NCBI GenBank assembly: GCA_963841735.1
Contig: CAWJDT010000001.1
Coordinates: 576,001 to 640,000, forward strand
Source of the DNA: an uncultured Actinomycetes bacterium
GTDB lineage: Bacteria; Actinomycetota; Thermoleophilia; RBG-16-64-13
DNA length: 64,000 nucleotides
Reading direction: 5' to 3'
This document shows, piece after piece, positions 18,195 through 27,696 of the stretch. The translations under genes and the position numbers were made by a program. Numbering within the stretch: position 1 is the first letter of the stretch; every line of letters starts with the position of its first letter. The notes below the pieces were generated by a model. That model ran no database searches and was not told where the DNA came from. It saw only the letters and a list, made by a program, of their open reading frames with translations.

Positions 18195-19721
18195 GTGAAG
18201 ACTATCGTGGAGAGAGAAGCTTGGGCACCGGACAGGGCGGCGGAACGCGCCTACTTGTATCCCCGCAGGTTATTGGTGGTGGGCGACCTGGTGGCCGCCT
18301 GCATCTCTCTGTCGGTGATGTTCCTCATCCTGCAGAAGAACAGCACCGGGAACACCCGAACCGGAGTCACTCTGCTGTTGGGCGGGTTGAGCGTGATTGT
18401 CACCCTGGGCCTGCAGTTGAGCTCAGGGCAGTACACTCGCCGCAGCCGGCTGTCGGCGCTGTCCAGCGTGGGCACCCTGCTGCGCGATCTTGTCATAGGC
18501 ACCGCGGCGGCCGCTCTACTCAGCTATATCACCAAGGGCTTCTTCACCGGCATCACCACTCCCTCCCGGCTGGCTGTGGGAATGCTGCTGGAGTCGTTCT
18601 TTCTGCTTGGCGTGGTGGTGCGCATGGGCGCCAGCGTATACCAGCGCTGGCAATTTGTACGGGGCAAGACGGTGCGCCGCCTCCTTGTGCTGGGAACCGG
18701 CCACGCGGCCGCGGATTTTGTCGGTTTCATCCACAACCGCCCCTGGCTGGGAGTGGTGGTCACCGGGCGGCTGACCTGCTGCTCCGAGGGCGGTGCCGTT
18801 CAGGACTCTGCGCTCAGCGCCGCTACCCCAGCCGGCTCCACCGATGCGCTCCTACCGCTTACCGCTCTCCCCGCTGGTCTTGAGGGGCTGGAGACTCTGC
18901 ATGAGGCCCTGCGCCTCTCCGGAGCTTCCGAGGTTGTGGTGGCGCTCGACACCCCCGACCACGACAAACTCCCCATGGTCACCCGGCTGCTGGACCTTGG
19001 CCACGTTCCCTTCAAGGTGATCCCCTCCCTCTTCGCGCAGACCTACCGGGCCACCGAACTCCTGGGCTACGCCGAGATTCCGGTGATTGACGTCAACGTT
19101 GACGCCATTGATTCTGTCCACCGTTTTTGGAAACGAGCCATCGACTTGGTTGTCGCCACGGGTGCCCTTACGCTGCTGCTGCCCCTGGAGTTGATGATCG
19201 GGATCGCCATCGCCGCCGAGAGCGGCTTTCCTGTGACCTACAAGCAGCAGCGCGTGGGCAAGAACGGCCGCCACTTTACCATGTACAAGTTCCGCACCAT
19301 GAGCAAAGACGCCGAAGCCCGTTTGGAGACTTTGCAGGCGCAGAACGAAGCCGACACAGCGGGCCGCATGTTCAAAATACGCGCCGACCCACGGATCACC
19401 CGAGTGGGAGCCTTGCTACGCAAGTTCAGCCTGGATGAGCTGCCGCAACTGGTCAACGTGCTCCGCAACGACATGAGCATGGTGGGGCCCCGGCCACCCC
19501 TGCCGGGAGAGGTCCAGAACTACGAGGAGCAGCACCTCTACCGGCTGAAGGCCATCCCCGGCGTCACGGGCCTGTGGCAGATCTCTGGTCGTAGCGACCT
19601 GGACTTCGAAGACATGGTGCGCCTCGACCGCTACTACATGGACAATTGGTCCCTGGGCCTGGACCTCAGCATCCTGCTGCGCACGGTGTGGGTGGTGTTG
19701 AACCGCAAGGGCGCCTGCTAG
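18195..19721 (+). CDS. priming sugar transferase (polyprenyl glycosylphosphotransferase)
   Basis: N-terminal TM helices, KRAIDL, YKFRTM, DPRITRVG..LRKFSLDELPQL, MVGPRP. Confidence 0.93.
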   Translation: MKTIVEREAWAPDRAAERAYLYPRRLLVVGDLVAACISLSVMFLILQKNSTGNTRTGVTLLLGGLSVIVTLGLQLSSGQYTRRSRLSALSSVGTLLRDLVIGTAAAALLSYITKGFFTGITTPSRLAVGMLLESFFLLGVVVRMGASVYQRWQFVRGKTVRRLLVLGTGHAAADFVGFIHNRPWLGVVVTGRLTCCSEGGAVQDSALSAATPAGSTDALLPLTALPAGLEGLETLHEALRLSGASEVVVALDTPDHDKLPMVTRLLDLGHVPFKVIPSLFAQTYRATELLGYAEIPVIDVNVDAIDSVHRFWKRAIDLVVATGALTLLLPLELMIGIAIAAESGFPVTYKQQRVGKNGRHFTMYKFRTMSKDAEARLETLQAQNEADTAGRMFKIRADPRITRVGALLRKFSLDELPQLVNVLRNDMSMVGPRPPLPGEVQNYEEQHLYRLKAIPGVTGLWQISGRSDLDFEDMVRLDRYYMDNWSLGLDLSILLRTVWVVLNRKGAC

Positions 19722-21325
19722 GCGCCGGCCTCCTCCGAACCGTAACCGTAGCCATAACCCCGCTTGCGGTAGTAGCCCTCGCTCTTCTCGGTGCCTGTAG
19801 CCACAGCGCCTATGACCCTGGTTCCCGACCGTTCAAAGAGGTCGCGCATCTCCCTTACCAGGTCCTTGGTGACGGTGCCCAGACGAGCCACCACAATCAC
19901 CCCGTCGGCGTGGCGGGCGATGGACAGTGCGTCCGACACGGCGAGCACTGGGGCGGTATCTATCAGCAGACAATCGGTCATGCCGGCGAGGTCTTTGATC
20001 AGCTTGGCCATGCGGTCGGAGGCCAGCAGTTCGGCCGGGTTGGGCGGCAGCGGGCCCGCTGCTATGGCATAGATGTTGCGCTGCAGCAGACCGGGCTGCT
20101 CCTCGCCTTCGCGGCGCCGGCTGCCCGAGGGCATGAACTCGTCGGCTTTGACGAACTGCAGAACGTCGCCCATACGCTTGGTGCCCGCCAACAGGTTCGA
20201 CAGCCCCGGGTTCTGGTTGACGCCCAGGTACTCATGCACCATGGGCCGGCGCAGGTCGGCCTCCAGCACCACCACACGCTTGCCCGAGAGAGCCAGAGAG
20301 AGGCCCAGGTTGACCGTGGTGCTGGTCTTACCCTCATGCGGGGAGGCACTGGTGATAAGCCAGATGCTCTGGCGGTTGTCCAGACTGAAGTACTGCAGAT
20401 TGGAGCGCAGTGTACGAAACGCCTCCAGAAGCGCGCCGCTGTGCTTGAAACCCACCCATTCCCTGGTGCCATCGGCGCTCGCGTTCGGGCGCCGCCGCTT
20501 GCCCACCATGGGCACGTTTGCCAGCACCGGCACTCCCAGCTCGAGCTCAAGCGTCTTCTCGTCCTTGATCCTGCGATCCATGTAGTCCAGCAAGAAGGCG
20601 AGGGCCACGCCCAACACCAGCCCCAGCACCAGCGCGATGATGGCGTTGCGGGTAGTCTGGGGTGCGAAGGGGAAGGAGGGGGCGACGGCCGGCTGAACGA
20701 CGGTGTAGCCGCCGTTCTGCATGGCCTCCATGATGCGCAGATTCTCGTACTTCTCGGTGAGCATCACTCCCCGGCTTGAAGCCTTCTCTTGGGCCGACAT
20801 CGTGTCGAGTTCCGTCTTTACCTGCTCCCGCGCTGCGGCCACCGTGGCCCTGTCTGTGGTCTGGCGCGAAAGCATGAATAGCTCAGCGAACGTGTTGGCT
20901 ACGGCCGCGGCCTCCGCCGGGTCTGAACTCACCGCCTCGAAGTCGAGGATATAGGTGTTGGTGCGCGGGCTGACACTCACCATGCCTAGCAGCGCCTCGG
21001 CGCTGCGGGGCGACGCCAACTTGTCTTTGACGTCCTGGGCAAGCGACAACCCCACCAGCAGGGCGGCGGTCTGCACTTCACGGTCTTGGTTGGGCGTGGT
21101 GAAGGCCTGTGACCCAAAGAGAGACTGTTCCAGGTTGTTCTTCTTGAATTCCAGGCGCGCCGAGGCCCTATACTGAGAAGTCGAGGTAAGAGATACGGCC
21201 AAAGTGGCCACCAGCACTATCACCACAGCGGCGGCGATGATCCAAAAGCGCTCTCTTATGACCCGGAAATAGTCGGTCAGCCCGAGTGGCTCTTTGCTTT
21301 CGACGTCATCTCCGTTCATGCTCAT
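19718..21325 (-). CDS. polysaccharide co-polymerase / tyrosine autokinase (Wzc-like fusion)
   Basis: Two TM helices, EAFRTLRSNL, Walker A SPHEGKTS, ADLRRP, PPNPAELL, C-terminal Tyr cluster GYYRKRGYGYGYG. Confidence 0.92.
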   Translation of the reverse strand: MSMNGDDVESKEPLGLTDYFRVIRERFWIIAAAVVIVLVATLAVSLTSTSQYRASARLEFKKNNLEQSLFGSQAFTTPNQDREVQTAALLVGLSLAQDVKDKLASPRSAEALLGMVSVSPRTNTYILDFEAVSSDPAEAAAVANTFAELFMLSRQTTDRATVAAAREQVKTELDTMSAQEKASSRGVMLTEKYENLRIMEAMQNGGYTVVQPAVAPSFPFAPQTTRNAIIALVLGLVLGVALAFLLDYMDRRIKDEKTLELELGVPVLANVPMVGKRRRPNASADGTREWVGFKHSGALLEAFRTLRSNLQYFSLDNRQSIWLITSASPHEGKTSTTVNLGLSLALSGKRVVVLEADLRRPMVHEYLGVNQNPGLSNLLAGTKRMGDVLQFVKADEFMPSGSRRREGEEQPGLLQRNIYAIAAGPLPPNPAELLASDRMAKLIKDLAGMTDCLLIDTAPVLAVSDALSIARHADGVIVVARLGTVTKDLVREMRDLFERSGTRVIGAVATGTEKSEGYYRKRGYGYGYGSEEAGA

Positions 21326-22122
21326 ACACTATCACGCTCCTTCCGGCGCCGCAGTCCCCACGACCGCGTTTTGCCATTCCCCAACACCGATATCGCCCGC
21401 AGGCTTTCCCCGGCCAGCAGCCGGGCCGGATTGACTCGGGTAAGCAGAGCAAGGCCCTCCTCGTCCACAAAGCCGGCAAGCCCTGCCATCATGGTCTCCA
21501 TGGTCCAGCCGTCCGTCCGATAGGCATGGGCATCGGACGCAAGCAGCCTCACGTGCCCCTCCGAGAGCAGCCTGCGGAGGGTCTGTGCCGGACTCCGCCC
21601 AAACTCACCGGTAAGGCTGGCCGCCGTGCCTTGGGCGACCGCCCCTGCCTTCAGACAGCCTACCAGAAGGTCCGACGACCTCTGAAGACGATCGTTGCGC
21701 TCGGGGTGAGCGAGCACCGGCCTGAAGCCGTTAGTAGCCAGCCTGAACACCAAGTCTTCCATGAACACAGGCCACCCGGAATAGGGCATCTCCAAGAGGA
21801 GCGCCCCGTTCGAGCCTTCGATGGTCAGAACCTCCAGCTCCTCCGCGCCCACCGCCGAGGCGACGCTGAGATCCACCTCGAACCCCAGCACAAGGGTTAG
21901 CTCGATGCCCGCCGCCGCAACCGCGCCCCGCATCTCCTCCATAGCCGCCTGGGTCCGACGGATGTGCGCCTCGTCCCAATCGGGCAGATGGGGAGTGCAG
22001 ACCACCGTGCCGATACCCGACGCCGCGGCGGCGCTTGCCATCTGCAGGCTGGTCTCCATATCGGGGCTGCCGTGATCCACCCCCGGCAGAAGATGCGAGT
22101 GCGTATCGATCAAATCAAACAA
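21322..22122 (-). CDS. CpsB/CapC PHP-family tyrosine phosphatase
   Basis: IDTHSHLLPGVDHG, CTPH, LAHPER, ASDAH; TTG start after GGAGG. Confidence 0.9.
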   Translation of the reverse strand: MFDLIDTHSHLLPGVDHGSPDMETSLQMASAAAASGIGTVVCTPHLPDWDEAHIRRTQAAMEEMRGAVAAAGIELTLVLGFEVDLSVASAVGAEELEVLTIEGSNGALLLEMPYSGWPVFMEDLVFRLATNGFRPVLAHPERNDRLQRSSDLLVGCLKAGAVAQGTAASLTGEFGRSPAQTLRRLLSEGHVRLLASDAHAYRTDGWTMETMMAGLAGFVDEEGLALLTRVNPARLLAGESLRAISVLGNGKTRSWGLRRRKERDSV

Positions 22123-22241
22123 CGATCCTCCATACACTACGATGCAAACAGGGTACCGGCGACCAAAAGCGAACATACTATATATCCTGGGCATGGGTCC
22201 CGATACTAGGCGTGCACAAAAGGGGCAGAGGAGTGTTCAAA

Positions 22242-24047
22242 ATGCCTGAGCTATTTGGAAGTCCCTACATCGTGCCGGCCATCGCCGTGGTGGTCGTGCT
22301 GATGCTTGTGTTGGTGCTACTGCGGGTGCGCGCGAAGCGAAAACTAGACGTCAAGGCCCGCAACGGCAAAGCCACCGGTGCGGCCCAAGTGACCACCAAC
22401 TCCCAGACGACTCGGGGCCCCGCTCCTGTACCGGGCCTTGAGCCTGCCGGCAAGCCGGACAAACGTGCCCTACGAGCCGCGGCCCAGGCCCAAAAGGCCG
22501 AGGCGCAGGCCCAAAGAGCGGAGGCGCAGGCCCAGGCGCAGGCCGCCCGCTCAGCGGACAAGGCTGCCCGCTCGGGCAAAGGCCGTAGCCGCCGGGGTGA
22601 AACAGGCGGTACGCCGGCCGACCTCGATACAGAAATGGACTACTTAACGGATGAACTGCCCGAGGCGGAAGCTGCCGCCTTCACCCCGGGCGGGGGCAAT
22701 CTTGGCGCGGGCACCGCGGCCGGGCTGGGCGCGGCGGCCACGATCGAGACCGCCAACGCGGGCACAATACCGCTGCCCCCGCTGTGGCCCGACGCAGCCA
22801 CCCCTGAGGCTGCCGCTCCCCTTCCCGAAGAAGATCTTTACGCCCCCCCCGCGGCCATCGCCGAGCACCGCCCTCGCTCTGGGCGCGGCGGGCAACCTGC
22901 ACCAAAGAAGGACGTGCTGGCGGCCTCCGATCCCGTGCGCATGGTCGTTGCCGACATCCTGGCAGGTTGGGGTGACCTAGCTGCCGAAGACACCAACCGC
23001 CTGGAAGTGTTCCGGCCCGAACGGGTTATGGCCGCCATATCCGCGGCCGAACTGCCCAAGGACCTGAAGAACAGTGAGTATGCCCGTACGCGTCTGACTC
23101 AGCTCCGACGGTACGCCGCCTATCTCGAGCACGGAGACGAAAGACCCATCGTTGCCACCTCGGAGCATGAGTTCAGCGGACTTGCCGGCGAACGACTCAG
23201 CGCGACTGCTCCGAAGGCCGCTGCGAACGCAGGCGCTGTCGCTGTCGCGCCGGCGGTTGGAGCCGCGCCGGTGGTTGGAGCCGAACCGGTGGCCTTCGCC
23301 GTCGATGGCTCTTCAGCGCCGGACGGCCTCACCCCAGCCGCCCCAGCCGTCCCCGCCGTCCCCGCCTCTGACGTCGCCTCGCCAACCACTTCGGCCGCGA
23401 CATCTGACACCGGCTCCGTCGCCCCCGCCGCCCGCGAGTCCGATATCGCACATGCCAACAAATCCACCGAGGCAGCTATCGCCGCCGCGGCCGCCGCATT
23501 CTGGGCGCGTTCGGACGCCCCCGCCCGGCCGCCGGCGCAATCCGAGCTCGCTACTCCCGCGGATCCCGTCCAAACGGAACCCGTCCCCGGCGTCAAGGCC
23601 TCCCCTCTCAATGTCTGGGCCACCGACGAAGTTCTGCCTCATCCACCGGTTGCCGAGAAGCCCATCCTGCAATGGGAGCCGCTGGTGCCCCCTGCCGACA
23701 TACCTGCCGCCCCGCCCACCAAGGCCGGTCCCGGCCCCGCGGAGACGGCTCGCTCGCACGACGACTTCCTGAAGAGTATGGGTGGCAAGATCAGCACGGC
23801 CGCCGGTCTAATGGCTCTTCCCCTCGCGGATCGCGAGGAGATGCTCGTGTTACTAGGGCCAGACGAACTGGCCAAGGCGTTCGCGGCCGCGGAGAATTCG
23901 GAGTTCAAGAAGAACGTGATAGACGCTCTGGAGGACATCGGTACCTCCTCGGCCTTGGATGTCATACACAGCTGCCTGGAAGATCCCGATCCCGAAGTGC
24001 AGATCCACGCCCTGGATGCCGCCGACCGGCTGCTCGCGGCCGACTAG
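22242..24047 (+). CDS. membrane-anchored Ala/Pro-rich protein with C-terminal HEAT-like repeat
   Basis: Single N-terminal TM, long low-complexity linkers, LEDPDPEVQIHALDA. Confidence 0.7.
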   Translation: MPELFGSPYIVPAIAVVVVLMLVLVLLRVRAKRKLDVKARNGKATGAAQVTTNSQTTRGPAPVPGLEPAGKPDKRALRAAAQAQKAEAQAQRAEAQAQAQAARSADKAARSGKGRSRRGETGGTPADLDTEMDYLTDELPEAEAAAFTPGGGNLGAGTAAGLGAAATIETANAGTIPLPPLWPDAATPEAAAPLPEEDLYAPPAAIAEHRPRSGRGGQPAPKKDVLAASDPVRMVVADILAGWGDLAAEDTNRLEVFRPERVMAAISAAELPKDLKNSEYARTRLTQLRRYAAYLEHGDERPIVATSEHEFSGLAGERLSATAPKAAANAGAVAVAPAVGAAPVVGAEPVAFAVDGSSAPDGLTPAAPAVPAVPASDVASPTTSAATSDTGSVAPAARESDIAHANKSTEAAIAAAAAAFWARSDAPARPPAQSELATPADPVQTEPVPGVKASPLNVWATDEVLPHPPVAEKPILQWEPLVPPADIPAAPPTKAGPGPAETARSHDDFLKSMGGKISTAAGLMALPLADREEMLVLLGPDELAKAFAAAENSEFKKNVIDALEDIGTSSALDVIHSCLEDPDPEVQIHALDAADRLLAAD

Positions 24048-24060
24048 GGGCCGACCCGAC

Positions 24061-25008
24061 TTACGGGCTGACCAGGAGCTTCCGTCCGATCTGCCTAGCC
24101 CGGGCTTTGACCTCGTCCCCGTCGAGGCCGGGCCTCCACGCCACAAACGTGCAACGCTTCTCGAGGTCGAGAGGTTGAGCCCACAGGTCCACCCCGCTAA
24201 AGGTGGCGGCATCCCCGCCCGCCTCGCGCAAGATCAGCAGCCCGGCGGCCAGGTCCACCGACCGGGATCTCACCGCCGCCACCAGGATGTCGGCCACTCC
24301 CACCGCCACATAGCAGAGCGAGAGGGCCAGCGACCCTATCTGCCTAATGCGCATCTCTGGACTCCGGCCACACGCCCCCATGGCACTAAGCTCCCGATAC
24401 TCGAACTGATGCCTGTCCGGCCTGCCCGCCTCCAGCAGCACGATCTCAACGGTGTCGGCCGCGGCGCCGACCAAGCCTGACCCGGCAGGCACCACGTGCG
24501 CACCCTGCACGCCCTGCACCGCTTGCGCCCCCTGCACCGCCTGCGCCGGCGGGCTCACCGACAGCAACCCTGCTCCCTTCACCGCCGCGAAAGCCCGCGG
24601 CCGTGTGTAATCTTCGATGTAGCCCACGGTGACGTCGGCAAACGTGCCTCCGTTTGCCACCGCGACCGAAGCTCCGAACGGCTCGAGTCCACGCTTGGCG
24701 TTCAGGCTGCCGTCAAGAGGATCCACGATCACCCACCAATCGGCATCTTCCGGACCGGTGGCACCCGACTCCTCCGACACCAACCGGTAGGCATACGGCG
24801 CTTCATCTGCCAGAACCCGGTGTATGGATGTCTCACACGCCCGGTCTATCTCCATGGTGCGGTCTCCCCCCGCGCCCCGGCCCAGCATAGTCCGGCCGAG
24901 AGCAGTGCCGTAGAGAGGAAGCGCGGCTTTCTTTCCGGCGGCGCCCATCCGCGTGACGCAGGCCAGCCACCTCTCTTCGTCGCTGGTAAGAGGTCGACGT
25001 CCGCTCAT
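24061..25008 (-). CDS. inositol monophosphatase / FBPase family protein
   Basis: GAGGD.T..ID, VSEE, IVDPLDGS.N, GSLALSLCYVA, DLAAG. Confidence 0.85.
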   Translation of the reverse strand: MSGRRPLTSDEERWLACVTRMGAAGKKAALPLYGTALGRTMLGRGAGGDRTMEIDRACETSIHRVLADEAPYAYRLVSEESGATGPEDADWWVIVDPLDGSLNAKRGLEPFGASVAVANGGTFADVTVGYIEDYTRPRAFAAVKGAGLLSVSPPAQAVQGAQAVQGVQGAHVVPAGSGLVGAAADTVEIVLLEAGRPDRHQFEYRELSAMGACGRSPEMRIRQIGSLALSLCYVAVGVADILVAAVRSRSVDLAAGLLILREAGGDAATFSGVDLWAQPLDLEKRCTFVAWRPGLDGDEVKARARQIGRKLLVSP

Positions 25009-25091
25009 GGACATTGGCAAGATAGGCATAGGGTGGTCATGTCGGCGTTCAACATAGCACTCTGAGGCGGCTGCCGGGTTACCATGGTGCT

Positions 25092-26195
25092 GTGGTGAGC
25101 CGCAAACCAAGTCGCAGAGAAGCACAGGGAGGCGCTCCGGCCCGCGCAGGCACGCGGCCGGCGCGGGCTGCGGCCTCCCGCCAAACGTCTGGCCGCAAAA
25201 CTCCCGGCCGCCGGGCTCTGAAACGGGTGGTGGCCGCCGGCGCAGCCGCGGCCGCGTACATGGCCTTCGAGGCGCAGTGGACCCTCTGCCGGGAGGCTGA
25301 ACTGGCGGTGCCCGGTCTGCCCGCCCCCTGGTCGGGCCTGACCGTGCTGCACCTCTCCGACGTTCACGCCGGCTCCTTCTACACCAACGAACGCAGCCTG
25401 CGCAAAGCGGTGCGCTGGGCGGTGCCGCTCACTCCAGACCTGGTGTTGCTCACCGGCGACATCCTGGGCGATTCGGAGGCCGGCCAGGCCTGTCTGGCCC
25501 TTCTGGCGGAGCTAAAGCCGCCGCTGGGCATGTTCGCCGTGACCGGCAATCACGAATATGGGTTGAGCAAGAGCCCCCTTGCCCGCGCCCGCGACACCAG
25601 CGGCCTCTGGGCGAAGGCGGGCATCACCCTACTCACCGATTCGTGCGTGACGCTCCCTGCTCGCGACGGCACCGCGCTCGTCCTATGCGGCGCCGACCAC
25701 CTTACCGGCGGATACGGACTCACCCCGCCCGGCGACCCGGAGCCTGAGGCTTCGCGTTTCTCCACCTCAGCCGCGACTGCCGCGGCCACCTCGGCCACAG
25801 CTGCGCCTTTGACCCCCTTCGGACCGCGCCCCACGCCTTCTGACGTGCGTCCGGCCCCACTCCCGGCCAACCAGCGACTCGAAACGTTCCCTATTCTGCT
25901 GGTTCACACCCCGCCCCCGTCCCACTCACCCCTGGCCGCGCACTTCCCCCTGGCCTTCGCCGGCCACACCCATGGCGGCCAGCTGCGTGTCCCCACCAGG
26001 TCGGGTCTCCAACCCCTACATCGCGACAGCGAGGAGCGTCTCACGGGGATCCACCCCTGGGGCTCCGGTCAACTGGTGATCTCGCCCGGAATCGGCACCA
26101 GCTTTCTTCCCTTCCGCCTTCTCACAAGGCCGGAGGCTACCTTGTGGAGATTGGTATACACTTCTTGTGGAGAGACAAGTCCGGCGGATCATTGA
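25092..26195 (+). CDS. metallophosphoesterase (calcineurin-like)
   Basis: SDVH, TGD, GNHE, AGHTHGGQ. Confidence 0.88.
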   Translation: MVSRKPSRREAQGGAPARAGTRPARAAASRQTSGRKTPGRRALKRVVAAGAAAAAYMAFEAQWTLCREAELAVPGLPAPWSGLTVLHLSDVHAGSFYTNERSLRKAVRWAVPLTPDLVLLTGDILGDSEAGQACLALLAELKPPLGMFAVTGNHEYGLSKSPLARARDTSGLWAKAGITLLTDSCVTLPARDGTALVLCGADHLTGGYGLTPPGDPEPEASRFSTSAATAAATSATAAPLTPFGPRPTPSDVRPAPLPANQRLETFPILLVHTPPPSHSPLAAHFPLAFAGHTHGGQLRVPTRSGLQPLHRDSEERLTGIHPWGSGQLVISPGIGTSFLPFRLLTRPEATLWRLVYTSCGETSPADH

Positions 26196-26215
26196 ACCCG
26201 CATCAGGGGGAATCC

Positions 26216-26635
26216 ATGATTGATACACAAGACGAACGATTCTCGGGAGACTCACCTCTCGCTCCCAGTCCCTTACCCGAATACGAGGGACCATCGGTCT
26301 CACACGACGTGATTGCCAGCTACGTCGCCGACGCGGCCCGCTCGGTACCGGGGATCACCGAACTGCACACCTCTCACTGGAGAAGCCTGCCGTCGCGCAT
26401 ACGCGAGACGAGATCGGGCGGAGTGGTTGTCAGGGACACGGAGACCGGCGGAGTAGACGTCGAGATTCACGCCCAAGTGTCTTGGGGAGCTGTTATCCCT
26501 GAGTTGGCTGCCAACGTCGAGGCGGCTGTGCGTGAACGCATGGTGGGTCTTCTGAATCTTGACCTCGACTCTGTCACGCTCTTTGTAGACGAGATCGCCG
26601 GACCGGTGGAGAACGGGGTCACCGAGGAGGGCTAG
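26216..26635 (+). CDS. Asp23/Gls24 envelope stress family protein
   Basis: VSHDVIASYVADAARSVPGI, GVVV, IPELA..V...V. Confidence 0.8.
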   Translation: MIDTQDERFSGDSPLAPSPLPEYEGPSVSHDVIASYVADAARSVPGITELHTSHWRSLPSRIRETRSGGVVVRDTETGGVDVEIHAQVSWGAVIPELAANVEAAVRERMVGLLNLDLDSVTLFVDEIAGPVENGVTEEG

Positions 26636-26638
26636 AGC

Positions 26639-27337
26639 TTGTCCGGCTACCTCCCCCTCTGCGCCTTCCGGCAGGGACTCTTGTTCGAGACCTGTCGCAC
26701 ATGCGCTTGGTGGCAGACCTCAGGTGGACGGGCGCTAGGCGGGACCGCACTGGGGAAACGCCTCTCCCATGAGCAGGCAGTTGACAGTCGCCGCCGATGG
26801 ATGAGCTCGCTTGAAGACACATGGGGAACAGCGGGCCTTCTTCTGGAGAGTCGAGACCCCCTCAGCGACGGAGTTCCCGCCGCTCGTGGCTTGACAGATG
26901 GCGCCGCTGTACCGGCTATCTTTAGCTCCATCCATTTTGCCCCAACCGTTTCGGTGCCCCGCCTGCGCGACCTGCCGTTCGGCCCGTTCTCTGAGGAATC
27001 AGCGCTGGTATTCTGTCTGGCCTGCGCCGAAGGCCAGACCCGATATCAAGCCGGACGAGTACTCCACAAGGCCTTAGGCAGACTCAAAGAACGCGGCGTA
27101 GAGGAAGTGTACGCGGTCGCCGCGGTCGGTGCGGTCTACCAGCCGCTCGACGGAGACCTCTGCAGGTTCTTCCCTCCCGACTTCCTCGGGGTGAACGGCT
27201 TTGAGCCGGTGGGCGAAAATGCCGGGCTCATACTGATGCGTGTCGATCTCGGCGGGCTGCTGTCCGTACTCGGTCGAGCGAGGACGGCGCTCAAGGAGAT
27301 GCTCGGCAGCGATCCGGCCCCCAGCCCGGCCGCCTAG
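26639..27337 (+). CDS. hypothetical protein, possible GNAT-like fold
   Basis: CRTCAWW, WGTAG and RGVEEVYA resemble actinobacterial GNAT-like proteins. Confidence 0.5.
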   Translation: MSGYLPLCAFRQGLLFETCRTCAWWQTSGGRALGGTALGKRLSHEQAVDSRRRWMSSLEDTWGTAGLLLESRDPLSDGVPAARGLTDGAAVPAIFSSIHFAPTVSVPRLRDLPFGPFSEESALVFCLACAEGQTRYQAGRVLHKALGRLKERGVEEVYAVAAVGAVYQPLDGDLCRFFPPDFLGVNGFEPVGENAGLILMRVDLGGLLSVLGRARTALKEMLGSDPAPSPAA

Positions 27338-27375
27338 ACCAGCATATGCTATAAATACCCGGTTGTTCGTAGACT

Positions 27376-27448
27376 GGGGGTATAGCTCAGTTGGGAGAGC
27401 GTCGCGTTCGCATCGCGAAGGCCAGGGGTTCGAGTCCCCTTACCTCCA
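27376..27448 (+). tRNA. tRNA-Ala(CGC)
   Basis: GGGGGTA/TACCTCC acceptor stem with G3-U70, anticodon arm TCGCG-TTCGCAT-CGCGA, TTCGA T-loop; complete CCA not encoded. Confidence 0.96.
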
Positions 27449-27469
27449 CCTCAATCCGGGGCGTCGTCG

Positions 27470-27696
27470 CACACGCCGCCGGGCTCGCGCGGCTTGTCCC
27501 CCGCGACGCCGGATACCACCACGCCGAGGGCAACTCCGATGCCCTCATCAAGACCAGCCTCGTCGGCAGCCACGTGACCGTGCCCGTGGAACAGGGCCGG
27601 CTGCGCCTTGGCACGTGGCAGAGCATCTATCTGGCCGAGTTCGACGGTCCCCGCACCCGCAAAGTGTGGATCGTGCCCATCCCGGCAGGAGAGTGA
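27470..27696 (+). pseudogene. yjbQ: 5'-truncated YjbQ (UPF0047) gene
   Basis: Y.H.EGNSDALIK.SL.G...RLGTWQSIYLAEFDGPR.R; no room for the N-terminal half after the tRNA. Confidence 0.75.

Noticed and set aside
27240-27692. N-terminal extension of the Fe-S protein ORF
   Set aside because: Runs through the tRNA and the yjbQ fragment; a start at 27693 with an RBS is more plausible
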